Part shown: piece after piece, positions 53,801 to 64,000 of the stretch
How the letters are laid out: each line of letters begins with the position of its first letter
How positions within the stretch are numbered: position 1 is the first letter of the stretch
Assembly (NCBI GenBank): GCA_002269645.1
Contig: NIVC01002012.1
Coordinates: 1 to 64,000, forward strand
Reading direction: 5' to 3'
Origin: Macrostomum lignano
Lineage: Eukaryota
DNA: 64,000 bases
Made by a program: the position numbers and the translations under genes
Notes under the pieces: model-generated
What the model was told of the DNA's origin: nothing
What the model saw: only the letters and a program-made list of their open reading frames with translations
Databases searched by the model: none

Positions 53801-56215
53801 GCTTTGTGTCTGACTCTGTGTGTCATTGTGCTACTGTGATGTAGAAGGATGAGATCCGAAGGATGAGATCCGAAGGATGAGATCCGAAGGATGAGATCCG
53901 AAGGATGAGATCCGAAGGATGAGATCCGAAGGATGAGATCCGAAGGATGAGATCCGAAGGATGAGATCCGAAGGATGAGATCCGAAGGATGAGATCCGAA
54001 GGATGAGATCCGAAGGATGAGATCCGAAGGATGAGATCCGAAGGATGAGATCCGAAGGATGAGATCCGAAGGATGAGATCCGAAGGATGAGATCCGAAGG
54101 ATGAGATCCGAAGGATGAGATCCGAAGGATGAGATCCGAAGGATGAGATCCGAAGGATGAGATCCGAAGGATGAGATCCGAAGGATGAGATCCGAAGGAT
54201 GAGATCCGAAGGATGAGATCCGAAGGATGAGATCCGAAGGATGAGATCCGAAGGATGAGATCCGAAGGATGAGATCCGAAGGATGAGATCCGAAGGATGA
54301 GATCCGAAGGATGAGATCCGAAGGATGAGATCCGAAGGATGAGATCCGAAGGATGAGATCCGAAGGATGAGATCCGAAGGATGAGATCCGAAGGATGAGA
54401 TCCGAAGGATGAGATCCGAAGGATGAGATCCGAAGGATGAGATCCGAAGGATGAGATCCGAAGGATGAGATCCGAAGGATGAGATCCGAAGGATGAGATC
54501 CGAAGGATGAGATCCGAAGGATGAGATCCGAAGGATGAGATCCGAAGGATGAGATCCGAAGGATGAGATCCGAAGGATGAGATCCGAAGGATGAGATCCG
54601 AAGGATGAGATCCGAAGGATGAGATCCGAAGGATGAGATCCGAAGGATGAGATCCGAAGGATGAGATCCGAAGGATGAGATCCGAAGGATGAGATCCGAA
54701 GGATGAGATCCGAAGGATGAGATCCGAAGGATGAGATCCGAAGGATGAGATCCGAAGGATGAGATCCGAAGGATGAGATCCGAAGGATGAGATCCGAAGG
54801 ATGAGATCAAAGTAGTGGCACCCCAGTCAGTGCCACAAGCCCATTAAAAATCCTGCAAACCTTGCAGAACCATGTCGATCCTGATTGAAGAGATTGAGAA
54901 GTGCCGCAGAAAGGTGCAAACGCTGATTAATTACACAAATGTGCTTATTCCGCTTGTATACACTCAGGTAAGCAGCGCACAGGTGTCAATCAAATTAGTT
55001 AAGCATCGCACAACGCACAAGCAGAGTTCCTCCTCTTCTCTCGCAGGTGGTGATCATAGCGGTCTACAGCTACTTCCTCCTGCAGCTGTTCAGCCAGCAG
55101 TTCATCAACGCCAAGAACACGGCAGCTGAGCTGTCGCGCCAGTTGAATCGCAGCGTCCAGCCGATCCACATCGTTGAGTTCGCCGGCTCGGCTGAGCACC
55201 ACGGCGAGGCCTTCGTTATGGACGATCGAATCGACCTGTTTGTTCCGGTGTTCGGCGTTTTCAGGGTGCGTTTGGGCTGCTAGGATCTTCTTGCAGCATA
55301 GGGATGGGGATTGTGATTTAACAGAGCTTTACCATTTTCCGCAGTTTCTCTTCCTAATGGGCTGGATGAAGGTGGCCATGTGCCTCATCAACCCGTTTGG
55401 CAACGACGATGAGGATTTTCAGATTTTAGACATTTTAAAGTACAATTTAGAGGTGAGAATACTACTACCGCTACACCTACTTCTACTCCTACATGTACTC
55501 CTACTCCAACTCCTACTCCAACTCCTACTCCAACTCCAACTCCTACTCCTACTCCAACTCCAACTCCTACTCCAACTCCAACTCCTACTCCTACTCCAAC
55601 TCCTACTCCAACTCCAACTCCTACTCCTACTCCAACTCCTACTCCTACTCCAACTCCTACTCCTACTCCAACTTCTACTCCTACTCCAACTCCTACTCCA
55701 ACTCCAACTCCTACTCCTACTCCTACTCCTACTCCAACTCCAACTCCTACTCCTACTCCAACTCCAACTCCTACTCCTACTCCAACTCCTACTCCTACTC
55801 CTACTCCTACTCCAACTCCTACTCCTACTCCTACTCCAACTCCAACTCCTACTCCAACTCCTACTCCAACTCCTACTCCTACTCCTACTCCAACTCCTAC
55901 TCCTACTCCTACTCCAACTCCTACTCCTACTCCTACTCCTACTCCTACTCCTAATCCAACCCGAAGATCTCAGCTCGGTCAGCATTCTCCTCGTACTCGG
56001 CCTACCCCGAGCCCATCGTGTCCGGCAGTCTCCGATGGGCCGCCAGACAGACCGGCTTCGATGGCGGCGGTTTCATGACCTACCTGAGGAGAACTAATCT
56101 TGAGCTGTCAGCTGCGAAGACTGGATCAACTTCTGACGGATATATCTGCAAAAATCCTTCTAGCAGACTGACTAGCGGCTGGTCGCAGAGCTCCCTTACC
56201 GAGATAATAGTATAG
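50819..56215 (+). CDS. Bestrophin-family channel: exons 50819..51083, 51695..51942, about 52765..53116 (acceptor unresolved), 54868..54967, 55047..55265, 55345..55452, 55967..56215
   Basis: MSVSY, WEGSIYKL, IPLSFLLAFFV, RWWQMYLSIPW, YWLPMQWA, IPLVYTQVV, DLFVPVF, GWMKVA, INPFGNDDEDF. All junctions are GT-AG and in phase except exon 2 to 3. Confidence 0.9.
51166..51500 (-). mobile_element. RTE-like LINE 3' ORF2 fragment in bestrophin intron 1
   Basis: LWQAVIKIVLLYNAKTWTLTATLERQLDSAHSGLLRAAF...LRRRRLQLAGRVIRA. Nucleotide similarity to 43370-43500. Confidence 0.8.
52100..52760. repeat. 20-bp minisatellite (ccaccaggagacaggggtgc)n, bestrophin intron 2
   Basis: Direct reading. Confidence 0.96.
53120..53843. 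repeat. Degenerate 12-bp repeat (tgtgtctggctt) containing copies of the exon 3 end and splice donor
   Basis: gctactgcgatgtcaggtt recurs at 53353, 53491 and 53757. Confidence 0.9.
53844..54808. repeat. Perfect 14-bp array (gaaggatgagatcc), about 69 units, bestrophin intron 3
   Basis: No variant unit seen. Confidence 0.98.
55460..55955. repeat. (ctccta/ctccaa)n hexamer repeat, bestrophin intron 6
   Basis: Direct reading. Confidence 0.97.
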
Positions 56216-56419
56216 CGATTCACTATAAAAGTCATTGACCATTCACTGAATTCACTGAATATCTTTTCAGATTTGTAAACCACAAATTAATTTGGAATTA
56301 ACACGGCATAAATATTGATTTTATCTTAGTTTAATAAATACAAAGGATGCACGATTTCAAAATATTTGAGTTCCTAATTTTGTCATATTCTGTAGTCATT
56401 ATTCGAGTATGATATAACA

Positions 56420-58510
56420 CTCACTGGTGTGCTATCCACTGCCCTGACAATGGCTCACTGGTGTGCTATCCACTGCCCTGACATTGGCTCTCTGGTGTGC
56501 TATCCACTGCCCTGACAATGGCTCACTGGTGTGCTATCCACTGCCCTGACAATGGCTCACTGGTGTGCTATCCACTGCCCTGACAATGGCTCACTGGTGT
56601 GCTATCCACTGCCCCGACAATGGCTCACTAGTGTGCTATCCACTGCCCTGACAATGGCTCACTGGTGTGCTATCCACTGCCCTGACAATGGCTCACTGGT
56701 GTGCTATCCACTGCCCCGACAATGGCTCACTAGTGTGCTATCCACTGCCCTGACATTGGCTCTCTGGTGTGCTATCCACTGCCTTGACAATGGCTCACTG
56801 GTGTGCTATCCACTGCCCTGACAATGGCTCACTGGTGTGCTATCCACTGCCCTGACAATGGCTCACTGGTGTGCTATCCACTGCCCTGACAATGGCTCAC
56901 TAGTGTGCTATCCACTGCCCTGACAATGGCTCACTGGTGTGCTATCCACTGCCCTGACAATGGCTCACTGGTGTGCTATACACTGCCCTGACAATGGCTC
57001 ACTGGTGTGCTATCCACTGCCCTGACAATGGCTCACTGGTGTGCTATCCACTGCCCTGACAATGGCTCACTGGTGTGCTATCCACTGCCCCGACAATGGC
57101 TCACTAGTGTGCTATCCACTGCCCTGACAATGGCTCACTGGTGTGCTATACACTGCCCCGACAATGGCTCACTAGTGTGTTATCCACTGCCCTGACAATG
57201 GCTCACTGGTGTGCTATCCACTGCCCTGACAATGGCTCACTGGTGTGCTATCCACTGCCCTGACAATGGCTCACTGGTGTGCTATCCACTGCCCTGAAAA
57301 TGGCTCACTGGTGTGCTATCCACTGCCCTGACAATGGCTCACTGGTGTGCTATCCACTGCCCTGACAATGGCTCACTAGTGTGCTATCCACTGCCCCGAC
57401 AATGGCTCACTGGTGTGCTATCCACTGCCCTGACAGTGGCTCACTGGTGTGCTATCCACTGCCCTGACAATGGCTCACTGGTGTGCTATCCACTGCCCTG
57501 ACAATGGCTCACTGGTGTGCTATCCACTGCCCTGACAATGGCTCACTGGTGTGCTATCCACTGCCCTGACAATGGCTCACTGGTGTGCTATCCACTGCCC
57601 TGACAATGGCTCACTGGTGTGCTATCCACTGCCCTGACAATGGCTCACTGGTGTGCTATACACTGCCCTGACAATGGCTCACTGGTGTGCTATCCACTGC
57701 CCTGACAATGGCTCACTGGTGTGCTATCCACTGCCCTGACAATGGCTCACTGGTGTGCTATCCACTGCCCTGACAATGGCTCACTGGTGTGCTATCCACT
57801 GCCCTGACAATGGCTCACTGGTGTGCTATCCACTACCCTGAGAATGGCTCACTGGTGTGCTATCCACTGCCCTGACAATGGCTCACTGGTGTGCTATCCA
57901 CTGCCCTGACAATGGCTCACTGGTGTGCTATCCACTGCCCTGACAATGGCTCACTGGTGTGCTATACACTGCCCTGACAATGGCTCACTGGTGTGCTATC
58001 CACTGCCCTGACAATGGCTCACTGGTGTGCTATCCACTGCCCTGACAATGGCTCACTGGTGTGCTATACACTGCCCTGACAATGGCTCACTGGTGTGCTA
58101 TACACTGCCCTGACAATGGCTCACTGGTGTGCTATCCACTGCCCTGACAATGGCTCACTGGTGTGCTATCCACTGCCCTGACAATGGCTCACTGGTGTGC
58201 TATCCACTGCCCTGACAATGGCTCACTGGTGTGCTATCCACTGCCCTGACAATGGCTCACTGGTGTGCTATCCACTGCCCTGACAATGGCTCACTGGTGT
58301 GCTATCCACTGCCCTGACAATGGCTCACTGGTGTGCTATCCACTGCCCTGACAATGGCTCACTGGTGTGCTATCCACTGCCCTGACAATGGCTCACTGGT
58401 GTGCTATCCACTGCCCTGACAATGGCTCACTAGTGTGCTATCCACTGCCCTGACAATGGCTCACTAGTGTGCTATCCACTGCCCTGACAATGGCTCACTG
58501 GTGTGCTATC
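56420..58510. repeat. 34-bp satellite (tggctcactggtgtgctatccactgccctgacaa), about 61 units, no spacers
   Basis: 34-bp period at 56521/56555. Head-to-tail units. Confidence 0.98.
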
Positions 58511-58847
58511 GACGTAGAAAAATTTCTAGAAACCTTTTAAAGTCGCAATTCATTAAAAGCTTCGATAGTAAGTGAACTGCGCATTGACTTTCTGCACTGT
58601 ATCAAAATGCTGATTAGGGGTATGGCGCAGTGTCTCGCAGTATAATATTAGTATGGTTTTTGTCTGTCCCAATGACATTTGTTGCAGTTAACCAGATTAT
58701 TCTCTAAACAACTAACTGTTATCGCAATCATGAAGTATGAAGCATCGCAATTAAGCACCCCCAGCTCGGCATATTATAAACAAACAGTATCGTATTTCAA
58801 CCAGCTGCGCGAAAACGCATGCGCAGCACCAAAGCAGATTTTGAAAA

Positions 58848-61238
58848 ATGCCTTTCGAAAGCGTCGGTGCATGTCGAAAAGCGCTGCTCCTAGTGACTGT
58901 GCTGGTGGCAGCAGTGCTGATTGCAGCCTCACTGGCCATTCTGCTGGCTCTGATGTTGCGATCTGCTGCTGACAATGGAAGCGAGTCGAGCTACCGACTT
59001 CCAACCGACGTGAAGCCAGTGAGCTACGCCCTGACCCTTGCTCCTTTTATTTACTCCAGCAATCCTGGTGATTGCTACTTCACTGGCAGTGTCTCCATCG
59101 CTGTTGAAGCTGTTAACGACACTGACATGTTCAAGTTGCACTCCGTCCGATTGGAAGTTCCAACAGTGCGGCTGCGAAACAGCACAGGTGGTGACGTCAT
59201 TGTAGATAAGATTGAGGAAAATGTGGAGAAACAATGGCTGACCATTAAGCTGGGCGAGCCGCTTCGAGCCGGCGAGACCTACACAGTGCTGATCGACAGA
59301 TTCAAAGGAAAATTCGTGAAGAATGGAAAAACTGGACTCTACTTGAGCAGCAGTTATTCTGAGAACAGCACAGAATACTATCTGGTATCATCGCAGCTTG
59401 AACCAATCCATGCTAGAGAAGTTTTTCCCTGCTTTGATGAGCCAGCAATGAAGGCGGAGTTCAATGTCAGTTTGGTCAGAGGCAGAGAATTCACTGCACT
59501 GAGCAACATGCCAATCAAGTCCTCATCCTCAGTACCTGGAAACACCTGGTTTTCCAACTCTGTGGAACCAAAAGTTGTAATAAAAGACGACTTCGAGACA
59601 ACTCCGACAATGTCTACCTACACTCTGGCCTTCCTGGTGGCGAAGTTTGAATCCATCAGTCATAGCGACAGCAAGGGACGAGTTTTTACCAACTGGCTGT
59701 CACCAGAGCTCGTTAAGAAATCCAACTTTACTCTTTCTGTAGCTGCTAAAGCCATCGAAGCCTTTGAGAAGCTGCTCAACGTGTCCTATAAAACGAACAT
59801 TACCAAGCAAGCAGGGGTTCCTTTGCTTAACTTTGAGGCGATGGAGAACTGGGGACTCATAATTTACCAGCAGAATATTCTTATGTACAATGAGAACACC
59901 ACCACAACACTATCAAAACTAACAAACGCTCTCACCGTGTCTCACGAAATCGTCCACCAGTGGTTTGGGAACCTGGTTACCATGAAATGGTGGAATGAAA
60001 TCTGGCTCAACGAAGCATTTTCGACGTTCTACAGCTATCTGGGGCTGGAGTGGGGCTCGGAGTCGGACTTGGACAGTCATTTTGTTATGTTTCAAAAATA
60101 TCTGTTTGATATGAACTTCGAACGAAAACGTTATAAAGTTCACCCGATCCAGATGGACGTCTCAACACCTACGGAAATTGATGGTATTTTTGACTACATT
60201 GTGTATCAGAAAGGTGCCTCCGTAGTTCGAATGATGCACAACTCCATCGGCGCTCGCGTGTTTGGCGCTGCCGTGTCCAGCTACATCAGGAAGCACAGCT
60301 ACTCAAACGCTGGCTCGGAAGATTTTTACTCCAGTCTAAATGAGCAGCTGCGGATTCACAAGCAGAGCCTGGACGCTGAAACGGTGATGAGTTCGTGGGT
60401 CAAGCAGGTAGGCTATCCACTGGTGACTTGCTCCATGGAAAATGGTTCGCTGCTTCTCAGGCAGCAGGATATTGTAAGCCTCAGTCATAAAGAGAAGTCC
60501 AACCTGACCTGGAGTATTCCCATCACTGCCATGACCAACTTGAACCATACCGGATGGAGCAGATCGGAGGTGGCGCACCTGGTTCACTGGATGAGAGGCG
60601 AGACGCTAAGGCTGCCCTTGGACTCATCTACGGATTGGTACCTGATCAACCTGAGGTCGAGCGGGCACTATCAGGTGAATTATGACAGACAGAACTGGGA
60701 CAGACTGGCTACTCAGTTAACAACAGATCACACAGTGTTCACACCTGCTGACAGAGCCAGTCTGATATATGCCAGCTTCACCTTGGCATCTCTAGGAATA
60801 ATTGATTACTCTGTGCCGTGGAGGATCGTCATGGGATACCTGAAGAATGAAACCGAGTTCGCACCTTGGGCCGTAGTTTTGAGAATGCAACGCATGTACA
60901 AAAAATATTTTTCTGCATTGTCACCAGCGTATGTAGTAGAAGGCTTGCTTGAAAACGTATTTGAGTATGTGACAGCTGGGACCCCACAAAATTCTTCCTT
61001 GACTGGATTGCTGGCTCAGTTGATTGTTAGCACAGCGTGCAACAAAAATGTAACTTACTGTATCCGCTTCGCGCTCAAGGAATGTCAGAAATTTATTGAC
61101 AGCAATTCGACTCACTCAACGAGTGCTGACTTTCGCTATTCCGTCTTGAGGACTTGTGTGAAGCATGACGAAGGGGAATTTAAGCCTTGGCAGTTGAAAT
61201 GGTTCAGAAGTGAGGCTCGCAAGTTATTATTAAGCTAG
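58848..61238 (+). CDS. Intronless aminopeptidase N-like M1 zinc peptidase, type II membrane anchor, 796 aa
   Basis: N-terminal TM ALLLVTVLVAAVLIAASLAILLALML, YRLPTDVKP, SQLEPIHAREVFPCFDEPAMKAEF, TPTMSTYTLAF, EAMENWG, HEIVHQWFGNLVTMKWWNEIWLNE (HExxH-x18-E), VYQKG, YQVNYD. Confidence 0.93.
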   Translation: MPFESVGACRKALLLVTVLVAAVLIAASLAILLALMLRSAADNGSESSYRLPTDVKPVSYALTLAPFIYSSNPGDCYFTGSVSIAVEAVNDTDMFKLHSVRLEVPTVRLRNSTGGDVIVDKIEENVEKQWLTIKLGEPLRAGETYTVLIDRFKGKFVKNGKTGLYLSSSYSENSTEYYLVSSQLEPIHAREVFPCFDEPAMKAEFNVSLVRGREFTALSNMPIKSSSSVPGNTWFSNSVEPKVVIKDDFETTPTMSTYTLAFLVAKFESISHSDSKGRVFTNWLSPELVKKSNFTLSVAAKAIEAFEKLLNVSYKTNITKQAGVPLLNFEAMENWGLIIYQQNILMYNENTTTTLSKLTNALTVSHEIVHQWFGNLVTMKWWNEIWLNEAFSTFYSYLGLEWGSESDLDSHFVMFQKYLFDMNFERKRYKVHPIQMDVSTPTEIDGIFDYIVYQKGASVVRMMHNSIGARVFGAAVSSYIRKHSYSNAGSEDFYSSLNEQLRIHKQSLDAETVMSSWVKQVGYPLVTCSMENGSLLLRQQDIVSLSHKEKSNLTWSIPITAMTNLNHTGWSRSEVAHLVHWMRGETLRLPLDSSTDWYLINLRSSGHYQVNYDRQNWDRLATQLTTDHTVFTPADRASLIYASFTLASLGIIDYSVPWRIVMGYLKNETEFAPWAVVLRMQRMYKKYFSALSPAYVVEGLLENVFEYVTAGTPQNSSLTGLLAQLIVSTACNKNVTYCIRFALKECQKFIDSNSTHSTSADFRYSVLRTCVKHDEGEFKPWQLKWFRSEARKLLLS

Positions 61239-62598
61239 CTGTATTAAACGATACATGTACCTGGTATGTACGAACAATACCGACTGATCGAAGAACTTTA
61301 GTCTTCACCGCAACTACAAATATAGTCTACTCGTAGAAGTATTGTCCTACAAGTATTTACAAGTATTGACACACAAGATAGAGCAATAAATATTGCCTTG
61401 TAGTACAAATTTGTAACGTATGTAACATTTAATCCATGAAATACTCTGTTCTTTTTAGAAGATGCACCTCTAAAATCAATAACTTGGCGGCAGATTTTTT
61501 GTTAGGATAAATTATAAATGATAAATTCTAAGAGCTACAGAACTTTTATTTGATACTCTACTAATATTCAATAAATATACGGAAAATCTCGTAAAACCAT
61601 TAAGACATTCTAGGCTACCCGAGTTTGCATGCAACCACAATTTAGGAAATACAAGTACGTGTGTACAAACCGCTGCACGAATGTTATTCTTCGATAACGA
61701 ATATTTTAGTGGGAACTATACATTGCCTTGCAACTACATGCAATTTTAGTGACTAAGTGAGGACATTCTAGGAAATCAAATAATGCGATTGTACAACGCG
61801 ACAGGGCATATGCATCTACGTAATATGAAAATAGGCCTATTAATCTAACAGGTCCCAAAAGTAAACATTAACTATTATTATATAAAATATGACATCAGCA
61901 TATACATGTAACATCCGCATCCAGCTGGTGACATCAGTGTCTAACAGGTGATACTGATGTCGCCTGTTACATGCCAACGTCACCTGTTAGATACTGATGT
62001 AAATTGTCGCTGGCAAACCTAAGCGGCCATTCTTCATCTATTTGAATTTAGCAACAGAAAAATCCTCAATTTAAAGCATTATCTGCAAAGTAAATTAAAA
62101 ATCGTCAGAGAGCTCTGCTTGGCTTCCAAGCCTCAGCCCTGCCCTCCCTCCCCTCTCCATCTCTCCCCTCGTGTCTCAGCTGCCGCCCCTTCACCCCTGC
62201 CCACTGACAATGCACTTGCTATGCCGAGCACGCAGCCACAGTCAGCTCTCATTGTTTAACTCAGCAGAGCTCGCAGCATCTCACTGCTCCTGCATCTCTC
62301 ACCCCGCTGAGCAGAGCAGCTGCCGGACCCCCTGGCACCCAATCAGGCCTCAAACACAGCCGCTGGGTCAGAGAAGAGAATCGGCCTCAGTCCATTTAAA
62401 CAAATTTCTCTGCACAGAGAGAGCTCAGAGATTTCAGTCCGTGACAGCGGGACTTTTGCTGCTGCTGCTGAGCTGGCAGGCAAATTCGCTTGAAGAAGAG
62501 CAAAGCACTCAGTTTGAAGCCGTGTGGAACAGCTGCGGCAGACAGCAGATCGGCAGAGAAGCGCTGCTAGGAGAAACAGTGTAGCCAGGGCAACAGAG

Positions 62599-63801
62599 AT
62601 GGAGCGGAAGCTGAGAGCGGCGCTGGAGGCTGGAGACAGCGAGGAGCTGCAGCGACTGTGCGGTGAGATCGACAGCAACATCGAGCTGGAGGTGGGCGGG
62701 TTCGACACGCAAGACTTTCCCTTTGAAGAACTTCGCAAAATGCCGCTGGTCCATCACGTGGCCTGCAAGCCGGTGAGATTGTCGTGCCTGAAGCTGCTGA
62801 TTGACAGATTCGGAACCGGCTGTCTGACACATAGAAATGAAAGTGATGAGACTCCAGTGCACTTGGCAGCCCAGCATCAGGACGAATCTTGGATGAAGCT
62901 CGTTAAAGAGAAGGGAGCCAGAGACTGCTTGAGAATTGTCGATATAAAGAGATACACAGTCGCTCACTTTGCCGCTATGAACAGAAAAAGCAATTCTTGT
63001 CTTAAGTGGCTGGTGAAGGTGCTCGGTAGCGACTGTCTTACAGCTCCTGACAGATCAAGTGACATGGCCATCCATTTTGCCGCTCAGCATCAGGGCATCG
63101 AGTCGCTGGAGTGGATCAAGAGACAGATCGGAACTGACTGCTTTCGGCTGAAGGGACGGTGGAATAGAACAGCATTTCATATTGCTGCTGAGAAGTCTGA
63201 CAATTCAAATCTGAAGTGGCTGGTGAAGGAGCTCGGCAGCGACTGTCTCACAGTTCCTGACGAAAACGGTTACACGGCTGTCCATTTGACCGCTAAGCAT
63301 CAGGGTATCGAGTCGCTGGAGTGGATCAAGAGACAGATCGGAACTGACGGCTTTCGGCTGAAGACAAAGAGTGATAAAACAGCATTTCACTTTGCTGCTG
63401 TGAATTTTGACAATTCAAATCTGAAGTGGCTGGTGAATGAGGCCGGCAGCGACTGTCTCACAGTTCCTGACAAATACGGTCACACGGCCGTCCATTTGGC
63501 CGCTGCATCTCAGCCAGTCGACTCTCTTCAGTTCATTTTTGACCAAATCGGAGCCGAAATGTTCAGTTTGAAGAACAAAGAGGGCGAAACACCGGCTGAT
63601 GCTGTTGAGAGGTCCTACAAAGACCAGTCAGCAAAGCAGGCCTGGATTTCCTCCACTCAGCGGCGGCTCGAAGCCTCTCGGCCTCCCGCTGGCAGCTCAG
63701 CGCCGACTGCCGCCTCAGCTGAGTGGGTCATGGATGAGAACTGCTGCCTGACACTAAAAATACGGATATATGTTTGGCGAAAATTCATTGCGCTTTCCTG
63801 A
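62599..63801 (+). CDS. Ankyrin-repeat protein (about 9 repeats, with a 70-aa doublet periodicity)
   Basis: ETPVHLAAQHQ, YTVAHFAA, RTAFHIAA, YTAVHLTA, HTAVHLAA, ETPAD. First ATG at 62599. The 3' end may instead splice at 63723 (GTGGGT) to 63826. Confidence 0.85.
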   Translation: MERKLRAALEAGDSEELQRLCGEIDSNIELEVGGFDTQDFPFEELRKMPLVHHVACKPVRLSCLKLLIDRFGTGCLTHRNESDETPVHLAAQHQDESWMKLVKEKGARDCLRIVDIKRYTVAHFAAMNRKSNSCLKWLVKVLGSDCLTAPDRSSDMAIHFAAQHQGIESLEWIKRQIGTDCFRLKGRWNRTAFHIAAEKSDNSNLKWLVKELGSDCLTVPDENGYTAVHLTAKHQGIESLEWIKRQIGTDGFRLKTKSDKTAFHFAAVNFDNSNLKWLVNEAGSDCLTVPDKYGHTAVHLAAASQPVDSLQFIFDQIGAEMFSLKNKEGETPADAVERSYKDQSAKQAWISSTQRRLEASRPPAGSSAPTAASAEWVMDENCCLTLKIRIYVWRKFIALS

Positions 63802-64000
63802 TCGGCACTTTCCTGAAATTCTTAGCAGCGCCGCCGTCAAGCGAGGGGCATCATGAATTTGTCAGGGTAGCTCCCTATGGCGCTCCCAATCTTAATGTGT
63901 ATTTTGGGGTCAGAGCTGCAGGTGTTGATTTGGGAAGACAGGTTTCGTATTGGAAATAGCTTTTCCATCGGGGCTTTTGTGCATGTACATGTATTTTGGG

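Noticed and set aside
52014-55985. Multiple overlapping repetitive ORFs (including 53758..54810 and the poly-L/SR/SY frames)
   Set aside because: They come from intronic minisatellites of the bestrophin gene; only the non-repeat portions match bestrophin.
56420-58510. 34-bp repeat array as a CRISPR array
   Set aside because: Units are head-to-tail with no unique spacers, there are no cas genes, and the context is eukaryotic.
61930-62001. Small inverted repeat (acatcagtgtctaacaggtga / tcacctgttagatactgatgt)
   Set aside because: About 21-bp arms only; probably a MITE relic, too short to classify.

Overview
This is animal genomic DNA: GT-AG introns, a TTAGGG tract, and long introns filled with minisatellites. 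The gene repertoire and intron-repeat style suggest a free-living marine flatworm of the Macrostomum type, which is inference only. Genes I could splice by hand: (1) one 5'-truncated, six-exon model at <1..7150 (+) encoding 33-aa TPR-like repeats, ankyrin, a Mab-21/cGAS-like nucleotidyltransferase fold, ankyrin again and a caspase. All five introns are phase-consistent, but the model carries two 1-nt frameshifts and one in-frame TAA. (2) ERO1 (+). (3) An octopine/tauropine-type opine dehydrogenase (-). (4) STIP1/Hop (-). (5) A minimal astacin (+). (6) A bestrophin (+). (7) An intronless aminopeptidase N-like M1 peptidase (+). (8) An ankyrin-repeat protein (+). Mobile DNA: a solo LTR with a 4-bp TSD, a second LTR-like segment, a Tc1/IS630 transposase remnant, MITE/foldback elements, a non-autonomous Helitron-like element carrying a satellite and a telomeric tract, tRNA-derived SINE pieces and RTE-type LINE fossils. 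There are about 25 tandem arrays and no CRISPR. The standout is the cGAS-like receptor fused through ankyrin repeats to a caspase. Its nucleotidyltransferase site looks degenerate while the caspase dyad is intact, which makes it a candidate one-polypeptide sensor-to-death-protease immune module.
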